DNA of 62,022 nucleotides, counting the filler, from Sphacelaria rigidula (lineage: Eukaryota): NCBI GenBank assembly GCA_964200075.2. It is 11 parts of 11 records of this genome, joined end to end, with 100 filler letters (N's around TTAATTAATTAA, not from the genome) between each part and the next. Parts side by side here need not be neighbours in the genome. Positions count along the whole stretch, not along the records: positions 50,829 to 56,375 come from CAXNAA020026447.1; positions 56,476 to 62,022 come from CAXNAA020026448.1; 9 more parts are not named here. One strand, given 5' to 3'. Position numbers and translations under genes: made by a program. The notes beneath the pieces were generated by a model, which saw only the letters and a list, made by a program, of their open reading frames with translations, did no database searches and was not told the origin of the DNA. Of this stretch, positions 51,175 through 62,022 are shown in pieces. The number at the start of each line of letters is the position of its first letter. Position 1 is the first letter of the stretch.

Positions 51175-54100
51175 TGTAAACCAGCATTCATTGTACTGTT
51201 TTCTTATATGTGGAACAGGTGAGGGAGCTGAGTACTGTTTTCTTTCATACTAGATTCGGATTCCACAGGTAAGGGGTAGCGTTTGGTGTACGTGAGATTT
51301 GAATCGCACGGGTCGACGATAAGCTACTGCGCTTGCCTGATCCGAGTGATATTTTCTTTATTATTATTATATCCGCACATGAGTCCGATCTCGCGAACCC
51401 GTGGTCACAGACGTAGGCTCGCCTTTCCAATACCGTTTCCTGCTATTCCTTACAAGACACATTACCAAAAATAAACATAAGAAGAGGGACACCACGAAAA
51501 CCGGTGAGAAGTAGCTCCCCCGAATTCAACGGGGAGAGAAAAGAAAGAAAGAAGAACAAAAACACAAACAACAAACGCCAGATCTGTCGAAAATATACAC
51601 CGAAAGAAAAGAGGAGAGGAAATAATAAAAGACAAAACAGGGAAAGACAGGTGACACAAGGAGATTATTAATGACAACTATGCGATGTTTTACAGATGAC
51701 AGATCTGCAGATCAGTTGTACACGAAAGTATGTGTGTGAACCGGGTCGTACAGCTCGTCGCTCGGCAAACATGTACTGGTCAAGCGGGTCCTACGGATCG
51801 CAACATAGGGAAAACGTGCACTGGTGACAGCTCACATCCGACGGATCATGTCCTATGCCCCAAATGAGCTGACCCGGATCCGACACGAGCTGATTCGTCC
51901 GACGTGTGGATGAATTGGAATGGAGCACGGAGATGGAGTCGACGCTCATGGCCAGAGGAGAAACGTAGAGACCGGGATAGAATTTGGAGAATCGTATACT
52001 CCGAATGTGGCTATTTCAAGTGCTTGTTTATTGACAGCTGCTGCTTGTCAGTTGGATCATGCTTTACGTCATTTTGATTCTGAATAGGACTTTCGTGTTG
52101 TAAATATTTTGTGGCTCGTGGCGTTTGGTACTGTTCTCGAAATAGACCGAATACCGTCGTAGAGGCAATAGTATAGCAGAGGTTGCACAGTGGTAGTCAA
52201 ACCACTTGCTTCTGCAGCAGACAGAAAGTCCATAGACAAAAATGGTGTTCCGGGCTCTTCACTTCGGCCGAACAAAACCAAGCAGCCTCTTTTGCAAGCA
52301 GAGTGCTGACGAAATGAAGAGAAGCTGGGTAAGCTTGGTACTCTTGGGAGAGTGATCGTAAAGGCGGTAGGAACCACCGATTACAAACATGCTCAACCCT
52401 GGAAGAAAAACCAAACACTCTACACGTACGTAGGGTCTAATCGTAATATTCAATTCAACCTCACTATTGCTGACGCGGTAGCCTTGCCAGCTTAGATTAA
52501 CTGCAAAGTTGCACACAAGATATCCTATAGCTTACATAACATACACTCTGCTGGAGTATCTTTCATGGACAAATCGCGACACGCCTACCACTACTTGAAA
52601 CGTCATCCAAACAGTTGGACTATGAATCAACACAAAAGAGATACTTTCCGTGAAATGGATACTAATGAAACGGTCTTACATGGTTCGTTGTTCCGTTGAA
52701 TTGTAATAGATTGTACCGCTATCTATTGTTGCAAGGTCTTCATTCAAACACGATGAAAATAGAGCGCATCGTCTAGATTTTTGCAACATTTCGACCCATC
52801 GGTTTCGAATAAGAACGCATTTATGTGACGACTACTTGGCTGCAGCGATTAATTTGATGAAGTATTGTGGGCTTCCAACCGTTTGTAGTCTTCGTGCTTT
52901 ACTAGGTATCGTAGGAAACGTCAAGTGAGCGAATTTGCGAGGGATCATTTTTCGTAGAAGTTGTTGACGCGGGTAAAAGACGCTTGGGTATTCAGACTTG
53001 TGGTTTCTGATATCACCGAGACTCCAGCACAGGTTCAAATATTTCTTTTTCTGAGTTTAGTTTTTGGCGTGATTGCAACTGTTTCTAACCAAGGGCTGTG
53101 GTCACGAAGAGAATCAGGGAGGCGATCTTCTCGCGGGGAAAAAATCGAAAATAGTGCAACTTGTCGTTGTTTTGTTTCACAACGTAAAAACACCTGCGGC
53201 AAGCTTTGGCCAAACAAAATGGCACCCTTACTGTAGCGCGACTCAGCTGCTAGATGTCGAAGCCGTACGTTGGGAGGACAACTGGATATATATTTTCTCA
53301 CAGGCTACTGATGGTTGTACGACCGACACCATGTTTCCTGCCAGCCTGTCGCCGCTGTAGCCTGTCGCTTGTTGCGTGGGCCCAAAATCGGATGAGAAAT
53401 ATCGGATCCTCCATGCTTTCCCGGTTGAAGGCACCGCGTTTTGTCCCACGAAACTCTGAAACATTTATTCTTAATTCCATGTTTCTTTACACGACTGATT
53501 CCACCCGTACGTAACAGTACTTTTGTCTACGTTTGTGGAATGGGCCTCGATATTTGGCGGCAATACATCGGGTTCCACACTTCTTTCGCAAACAATTCAA
53601 CTACGTGATGAGATGACGAGCGGTTTCGTCTGTCACCGCTCATTATCGGCATGTTTGGCTACACCTAGCAGCGGGTCAGTTCCCTGCTCATATTTTTTTA
53701 CATGCACCTCGATATGTGGGAAGGAAACGAGCGTTTTAGACCGGTCGGCTACCAAGCGGTTTGCCTCTCACAGGAATTTAGGTTTGAGTCTTGCGCTGCG
53801 AGGTCTACCACGGGGTAGGCACCTCTCCAAATCACCGCACCTGGGGTGTGCCGAACCTATAACACACTTTACAGGGATCTCCAGGGCACGACCAGCGAGA
53901 GTAGGGTGCATAGAGACCGTCACGAGTTTTCTCGCACGTGCATCCGTCCCTGCCGCAGTCGTTTGCGTCGTAGTCGCTGCAGACTGAAACACGTACGTCA
54001 GTCTTCTCTCCGGCGTCCACTTGGGCTGACGAGATCAGGGGCACGGATTGCGGATACGACCGTTATTCAATAGGGTGAAGCACAGTTGAATTGCGTCGTG

Positions 54101-54599
54101 AAGGCGCCCGTGGTGGTTCATGTCACGGGGAAATGTGCATCGCTAGTACAGAGCCATACATTGGTACAACCCCCCCCTCCCTCCTCCCCTCCCCGAAAAA
54201 CAAGCCAAAAATCGTCACAAAGAAAATGGTCATACAGCGCCTGATGTTTGGTTTCAGGCTCCATGCACCCGTGGACAGATAGCACCCTGTGGGGCGCACT
54301 GTGCAGGGTCCGTACGGGGTCCTCCACAGTCTTCGTGAAAAAACCCTGACAGTGAAAAGCCAAATCTGTACCCCTCGTAGCGTTTTGGTCGGGTTTTTCC
54401 CAGGGTTGGATTTGCAGCCCTGTGTAGGCACATCGGCAAAGCCCTGCACAGTCCTGTGGTAGTGTTTTGGTGTCAAACCCTGATGATTTCTTTTTTTAAT
54501 TCCAAATATTTTGGTACAAAATCTGCAAATTCATATATTTTCAATAAATAGCTTGTCCTCCTGTCCAAGGTATATTCCTGTTCACCCGATTTCAATCGA

Positions 54600-54910
54600 G
54601 CGAAAAGGAATTTATTTTGGACAGCAGGACAAGCCATTCAAAACATATCCTTTTTTCGCCCAATTTATTTCGGCAAAAAAAAGGATTTATTTCGAACAGC
54701 AGAAGAAGCTGTTCAAGATCGATCCTTTTTCCGCCCATTTTTGAAATGAGCGAAAAAAGGATCTATTTCGAACAGCTTCTTCTGCTACGCAAATCCCATG
54801 CACACTGGCAGATTCGGAATTTAAACAGTACAAGAAGCTCGACATAAATATTTTCTTTTTCCTCCAATTCATCCAGAGATTGGGGGAAAAGAGATTTATT
54901 GCGAACAGCG
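54600..54910. repeat. Degenerate tandem repeat, roughly 80-bp period
   Basis: An AAAAGGATTTATTTCGAACAGC-like block recurs four times. Confidence 0.65.
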
Positions 54911-56868
54911 TCAGCTGCTGGGCAAATCCCGCATACTGCATCGTCACCAGCGCATGGGATCCGACATGCAGAAAAGGTTGCTGGAAGGCATTCATCCTTT
55001 CGCCCCCAGTCCGCATATACATGAGCTCAAGGATGAGTAGCTCTCTACAGCTTTCGCTGAATAGAAATCCCACACGTTGGATACGTGTGTATGTCCACAC
55101 CTGTGCTTAGTCTGAAACCCCCGGGAGGCCGTGGAGAGATGCTGGACGGTCGGGTATACCTCGTCCATGTAGCCACATTTTTTACAAAGCCCCGTATTGC
55201 GTCGTCTACCAACACGAACCATGTTTAGAAAATATCACTTCATCAATCGTATATTAATAGTATATGTAGACCATCATCACCCCAAGATATATATATATAT
55301 ATATATACTCCATATATATACCACCGTACACAAATCGAACATCAATGAACGCACCCGCCCGCACAACAGTATTATTCCGCCCGGCTATACCACCACAACC
55401 CCGCAGCAAAGAGCGCGGGTTGGGCACAGGGATATAGACACATACACACTGTCGTGCGGGTGGATATGATGTATTTCTCGTTGGTGGAAACTCGAGCACC
55501 TTCTTTCATGGTCGCGACATCGCGCGGCGACGACATATACGCGGGGTGCGTATATAGGCGCGGGTGCGAGGAACAATCATCAACCGGCCGCCTATGTTAT
55601 GCATATACACACTCACCATCATATGCATGCTGCGGACGCACCGCGATATAACATAGTGAAGCATACAGGCCGCGTACGATATGCTGCACGTTGTTCAAGT
55701 CCTTTTCACGTCGCACTGTAGGTAGAGAACATACATATACATTGCCCTGCGCTGTCTGTACTGTACTTTCCTCCTTTCCTCTCACGCCCTACTTACTGTG
55801 CTGCAGCAACTGTGCGCGCAAATATGATGTGGAGCGCGCGCGTGAGAAACTGGAGTTCGTGACGGTATATAACACCCGCCCCATATATCAAAATAAGCTG
55901 CAGGCACCTACATTGTATTTATAGCCAGCCATCTGCAGTACATGGCCCCGCACGTATAAGCACGGCGGTATAGCGCACTGTCCCGCATGCAATGGTATTG
56001 TACAGTCCAGTCAGTACAGTTTATTGGTGTGAATATATATCCCGAGTACGCAGTATCAACCGCGCGATGAGATGTTTTATTATCCCGTGTATATTGTTCT
56101 AGTTTCGTCGACGCGGGACTACGCGGTTTTCATCAGGCAGATGCATCTATCACCGAGGTCAAATGCGATCCGCTACCATGATCTCAGCTGCAACAAAAGC
56201 TTGCGTGCAGTATGTGGGACTTGAACAGCTGAAGCTGCTCGCGACCAAGTCCTTTCTCCACCCAATTTCAGGTATTCTTGGCGGTATACAAATTCCCTCT
56301 GCTACATACAGTGTATCACAGGGTTGCCAGAAAAATGAGAACGTATTTTGAAATGAGAATCCTTATGTTTTTTAANNNNNNNNNNNNNNNNNNNNNNNNN
56401 NNNNNNNNNNNNNNNNNNNTTAATTAATTAANNNNNNNNNNNNNNNNNNNNNNNNNNNNNNNNNNNNNNNNNNNNGGCCCGAAGCCTACTGATGATCTTG
56501 CATTTGGATGACAGCCTACAGTGAGTTGCTTTACAATCTGGTATCGCCACTTCCAGAGACAGTCACTGCTTATACACTGCCTCATGGGTGTTTTACCATG
56601 GGGGAAGGAGAGGGGGGTGGTGAAAACTATTTCGAGCACCAAAGTAGACGTGGTCATTGAATAAGATGTTAAGCGAAAAATCCCCAGAACAATGAGAAGG
56701 ATAGTCGGTGCTCGGCGTGGAGGCGCGAAGGGCAGAAGCGTCGTGCGGTAGGGACTAAGACCTTACTATGCTTCGAGGAGCCTTCAGTAGTGTATATGTA
56801 TTTGTTTCTTGGATTCGCGATCGTCTCCATCGATGGCAGGAAACCGACGTATTTTTTATTAGAATAAA

Positions 56869-56918
56869 AGAGAGAGAGAGGCAGAGAGAGAGAGACAGAG
56901 AGAAAGAGAGAGAGAGAG
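56869..56918. repeat. (GA)n microsatellite
   Basis: Directly visible. Confidence 0.9.
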
Positions 56919-57150
56919 TAGGTGTGGATCAGCAGCCTAGGATTTCCGCTTCCGGTTATCTTGTGTCCATCTTTGTCGTGCATTTGTAGGTTGGAATATG
57001 TGACACCACCAACATGAGCAACACGGCCCGTCGCCGTATAGATGAATCCACCCATAAACCACTCATAAACCACTCATGTATTCACTTTTGGAATCAACTG
57101 ACCAGCACCCTATTGTTGAGCGAAATATACAAAAAAGACACTAAACGCTA

Positions 57151-57260
57151 CACGCGTAGCCACTGGGGTGCCTGTAACCTCAAGTTTGGACGTTACAGAC
57201 CTTGTGCAACGTCTGTAACGTCCAAAGTTGAGATTGCAGGCACCCCAGTGGCCACCCGTG
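57151..57260. mobile_element. 110-bp fully palindromic Tc1/mariner-like MITE with TA TSD
   Basis: TA|CACGCGTAGCCACTGGGGTGCC...GGCACCCCAGTGGCCACCCGTG|TA; arms pair almost to the centre; second copy at 38272. Confidence 0.85.
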
Positions 57261-57680
57261 TAGAAATGAAATGCTAACACGTTTCGGAAGTCAATCGCGG
57301 CCGGATGAGACGCCGCTCTCTCACCCTGTGACTTTCTTCTCGAGATCTCTTCGTTGAAAGTGGCGAGCTGTTCCCGTTATGCTACCGATGCTCTGGACAT
57401 AGACATCGCTGAAAGCATGTACCCACGTACGTCTATCTGGTTGTAGCAACGGCTGGAGTCATACATCGCAGATCGACCACTCACCTGTCTGACGGCGGCC
57501 TTCGTACAGTCGTCATTTTGAGTCCATGTACACGTACGAAATGGGACCGTGTTGGAAGATGACTACGTATATTTTCCTCCTTGAATACTCCCTTACTAAA
57601 AATACCAATATCTTCAACGTGAGACAACCAATCAACCAATCAACCAACCAACCGACTGATAGACCAATCCTTGTACCCAC

Positions 57681-59870
57681 CGTCTTTTCCGAAGGTCCTC
57701 CCGAACCGTCGAGCCGCAATCCTTTTGCGATTTCGTCGCCCCCAGGCTTCGGCCATCCTGCACCTTCGCCTGTCCTCGAAAGAAAGCGAATCGCCCCAGC
57801 CGCCCAGCGCGATCGGGAGTGGCCGGTCGTTCTCCCACGCGATGTGTGTGTTGTATGCATCGAGCACCCTTTCAAATGTTGCGCCGCTGGCGCCGCCGCT
57901 ATCGATGCCGTCGAAATCCTGCGGCAACTACCAAAATGACAGACGCGGGGGGTGGGTGGGTGGGGCAGGGGGGTGCAGTCACGTTGTGAGAAGGTATTGA
58001 GTTAAAGATCCTTGGATCGGACGCGGAAGTAGTTATTTTCCTGCAAAATGTTGACTGCCTTGATTGGAACAATCTCACGGGAGGAGCTCGGGGGCGGGTG
58101 GGGTTGAGGTGGGGGCGTACTCATTTGTTGCTTGCCTCAGTCGTTTGACCATTGACCACGCATCCCTTTCGAGACGGAGCATTGTGTAGGTTGAGGTGGG
58201 GGGGGTACTCATTTGTTGCTTGCCTTAGTAGTGTAGGTTGAGGTGGGGGGGGGGGGAGACGACAGCCTGTGCCTGAGAAACTTTGCCTCATCTAGAAACC
58301 ATCAGAGGGTATGTATGTCCACCCACGTTTTGCCCAATGATTGCCGCGCACGTGAAGAACATGGCTAGCGACAGGAGCGTATTCCGCGTACGCTCACGGT
58401 AGTTACTGACAACCGCTCGCTGCACGAGTAGATGGTCGCCACGTCGCCGACTGCTTACGGTCGGGCCGCCGGCTGCTCCGGGTAGGTGGGTGGGCTAGAT
58501 ACATCCAATGCCATGTCAAACGCTTTTCGTGTACTCGTCGAACCCTTCCTGGGGTTGGTATGCGCCCTGCTTTGGTTGCGCTGTGCGTTTGTTTGCGGGT
58601 TGACTTGCCTCCACCTACGACCCGAGTGTGGGGTCGCGCATTTGACGGAGCCGCTCTGTTCCGAGGAGCGAAATGATTTAACCCAGAAATTATGCCTCAC
58701 TAGCATCTAGTGTGCTCTCATCATGCCCAGTAACGTACAACAGTGTGCATGGCCGTTTCTTTTCACTAATTGGGACTTATTCCTGGCTGTTCATACTTAG
58801 CGTATGAACGCGGCCGGCTCGCTCGGGGATGAGCTACTGCGATATGCAAACACTCAATCGATTTATTGATCAAGCTTGGTCTGTACGGTCTCTGCCTACG
58901 CGGTTGGTTCATTCGCCGCGAATCATAAGTATAAAACGAATTCCCAATCCTGTCCTGCATGTACGGTTGTTCACGCACTCGTTGCTAGTGGGTTGAACGA
59001 GCATACCTGATCCCCAACACCTCCGCCGTATATCGTCTGAAACTCCAGCGCTCGTTCCGTCGTCGCCTCTTCCCTCGCCCGCTCCATGGCACCCCAGTTT
59101 CTCCTCGAAAAGGCCTTCATCATGGGAGCCTGCTCCGCACAAGCTTGCTCGGGGTACGCTTCCAAGAACGCTACTCGTCGCGCCGCCGTCATGATTACCG
59201 CTGCCACATCGCCGTCAACCCCGTCACCCCTCCCGCCATTTCCCGAGTCCACTTCAGCTGTCGCTGTCTGCACAGCTCGGCCACCGGGCAAGTCGGACGC
59301 CAGAGAAGCCCCGCTTGTTCGGCACGCGCCCGTCAACCGTCGACCCCAGAGCGCCGTCCACGCATCGGCCAATCTCTCCTCCTCCCCGAGCGTCGTCGAT
59401 CGGAGCTGATCTTGCCTGGTAGGGATACCGGACAGCCACGCCTCTACGTGCTCGCGCATGCTCAGACATCCGAACACAGCTGTCGAGCTGGCAACCCGGC
59501 CCTGGCTCCGATCGCCGCGTACGCATTCGTCCTCCTCTGGGGGCCATAGGCCGGGGAGAAAGTAGCGCGGCCGTTGCTGTGGCGGAGATGTAAAGTTATT
59601 CGGCGGTGGCTGTGAGATATCGACGTTTTGGAACAGAGGACCGTCTCGACTGTCCGCTCTCGCGTCGCTCAGAACTTCGCGGGTGCGCTCCGCCGCTACG
59701 AACAATATTGCGCTGTTGTTGTCACCATTTTCGGCGCTGGCGGGGGAGGGGGAGAGGGAACTACGTTCAGACGGCGACGGGAGGGGGGGGGGGGGGGCAG
59801 ACGATACATACTACAGGTCATTTGGGGGGCTCCTATTGTGTATNNNNNNNNNNGGGGGTGGGTGGTCTCT

Positions 59871-59902
<32 letters not shown>

Positions 59903-60315
59903 ATGCGGGGGGGGGGGGGGGTGGGGGGGGGGGGGGGGGGGTCAGACGATACATACTACAGGTCCATTGCGTGGCTACTATGTTGCATGTGATCTCCGCC
60001 CGACGGCAGTTGAGTCGGTGGTGTAATTATGTGATCATGCAAGATGAAATGGCGAGAAGAGCAAAATATACAATGCAGTGGTTACAAATTACGCATCGGG
60101 AAAAGCCAAATAGAAAAGACATGACTCTGCACGTTGTCAGTCTATGGTCGGTTACCTGCCGTACAGAGCCTCGACGAGGTGAGCGCGGGCAGCCGCAGTG
60201 CGCCGTTGTATCGCTTCCGCCTCCCCTCTGTTCCAGTCCAGCCAAGCGCGGGCCGCCGTGCTAATCCACGTCCGCTCGTTATATACTTGCCTCAGAGCTG
60301 CCGCCGTCACTTGCA
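57681..60315 (-). CDS. Multi-exon gene of unknown function, partial (exons 60315-60156, 59760-59007, 58706-58459, 57927-57681)
   Basis: AG/GT boundaries (donors GTAACC, GTATGC, GTAAGC, GTGGGT) with intron phases 2, 0, 2 giving one open frame that includes the 244-aa ORF 58971-59705. No recognisable domain. Confidence 0.6.
58117..58229 (-). mobile_element. Full family A mini-element (58117-58181) and a 5'-truncated copy (58205-58229) in an intron
   Basis: Three copies of the target GGTTGAGGTGGGGG separate the two inserts. Confidence 0.9.
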
Positions 60316-61033
60316 CTGCAGCGGCAAACATGCATGACATAGCGGCGAGAGAGGCTTGGTTGTTGTGCGTGCATTACTCAGACGTTTGAACAAAACTGTA
60401 TCATGTGTGGTGTAGCATATATCTTCGGCGAGATGAGCACACCGGACGGGAGAATCTTCGAGGGTTTCGCTTTTGCCGTCCGGCTCCAACATGATCGTGT
60501 AGGTGACACTTGTGCCTGGTTGAGGGCATGGGTCATGCGAGAGCTTTTGCACGGCACATGGAAAGCCTTGATGTATGTTTCAGTGGCAACGTCCCAACTC
60601 CCGACGGACCCAGATCTCCATATTGCTATGGTGGGGTTGTGCCTTTCAACAGAATAATTATTCCGAACTCTCCGAAGATTCCACACCCTAGACAAAATAA
60701 GATGATCAATAGATGTAATAGGCTTATATTTTACCCGGGACATGCGCTGCTTATCGCATCTATTGACCATACCTTGTTCAGAATGTCCAAAATTCCCAAG
60801 CCAACAAAAGACATTTGAGCAACTGAGCGCTACAACGGTTTAACGTTGCTGCGGGACCTGACGAATGTATCGTCCCCTACCGTTTTGGCGATTCGTTCTT
60901 GCTATGTAGGGGGTCGGGCAAGCGTACCTGAAAAATGTACCGAGTACTGTAGATTGTTCCGAATGGACCACAGCAACGCAGCCGCATTATTCAATAGCGA
61001 TTTCTGCTAAATATGTAGTGAACTCTACCTCAC

Positions 61034-61633
61034 CGTGCAGCCGTTCACGACACGGTCATCATCCAACTCACATGAGGGGTCCGTGATGCTCCTCGTCACT
61101 ATCTCTAGCCCCAAATCACGTCGTTCGACCGCAAACACGGCTTGCTCGGCCGTATAGTGCGGGTTATCCTCGGCGAAAAGTGTGGCCCGCGCGGACTGAA
61201 CTTCATCGTAGAACACCACGGCGAAGGTTTCAGCACGGTTGATATCATGTTCGGCCTCCCATCGCATCGGAACCCCTGTTGTCGCTGCACCTACGCCGTC
61301 CCACCCGAGAACCGGTTCGTGAAGGATGTTGGGATTCGGTTCCTGAACCTCGTCGAGCGGTTCCGGAACCTGAGAAACCTGTTGTCCGTCGAGAACTGGT
61401 TCGGGAACGGGTCCTTGTCCCACACCTGGTTGGCCGTTGTCGAGAACCGGTTCCTGGAATCCCCCAGTAATCACTTCTTCAATCATGTCGGGCCCTGGTC
61501 TATCAACCGCGTCACCTGGTTCCTGGTCCTCGAAAGTCGGTTCTCCTGCGACAGCTGGTGCGGCAGCCGGTGGTTGGAGCTGTTCGACCCTCTCTGCAGA
61601 GATGCCGACTTGGTCCGGCTGCTCCGCCAATTC
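61034..61633 (-). CDS. Probable 600-nt exon encoding an acidic, Pro-rich segment with EPVL(D/G) repeats
   Basis: TAG acceptor and GTGAGG donor bound an open frame (ORF 61025-61630). Linkage to the downstream exons is not established. Confidence 0.55.
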
Positions 61634-62022
61634 CTATGGTGCCATACGCACAATATGTGTACAAATATTAGCGAGACCGTGAAACACGGGTAAGGGCCGT
61701 TTTCAAAGGGACGGTTCCGTACCGGTGTAAAAGATGCGACGGGATTTGGCGTGTGGTCGTTCGACAGTGGTGGGACTTTCATGCGAGACAGCACAAATTC
61801 TGACCTTTTACGAATTTCCTCGATTGTTCTTCGAAAGTTCGATCGTGTTTATGGGTCACATCGTTAATACGCCAGGAATACTCAGGATGTGTTTGACATG
61901 GATACGTTTCGATGACTGCTCGTCACTTCACTACCCCCCCCCCGCCCCCCCCCTCGGGTGACCCCCCCCCCCCCCCCCCCCCGCCGCCCCCCCCGCACCC
62001 GCCCCCCCGCGGTCACGGCGCG

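Overview
Eukaryotic genomic DNA, most likely a stramenopile and probably a brown alga. This is inferred from intron-rich genes with C/A-rich acceptor tracts, a roughly balanced GC content and a WxDD-type Gypsy RT. The window is not a contiguous locus. It is 11 unplaced contigs of 5547-5548 bp, sorted by length and joined by 100-nt N spacers carrying TTAATTAATTAA. Content: (i) two decayed, related Gypsy/chromovirus copies (8260-11060 minus, 13521-16700 plus) and two decayed Copia elements (about 6100-8259 and 24000-27960); (ii) hAT, Tc1/mariner and possibly CACTA-derived MITEs and long foldback palindromes; (iii) host gene pieces: eight exons of a kinesin with two GC-AG introns (45553-50271 plus), the last exon of an ABHD11/YbfF-like alpha/beta hydrolase (12719-12904 minus) and a multi-exon unknown gene (57681-60315 minus); (iv) microsatellites. 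The most unusual signal is a ~65-70 nt mini-element in two subfamilies, with about 12 copies across 6 contigs. Nearly every copy that still has its GTACTC end abuts a G-run. On the opposite strand it reads as a folded RNA with a poly(C) tail. It shows variable-length target-site duplications, a 5'-truncated copy and re-insertion next to its own G-runs, which together suggest a poly(C)-tailed, G-tract-targeting micro-SINE. I cannot confirm novelty without a database search.
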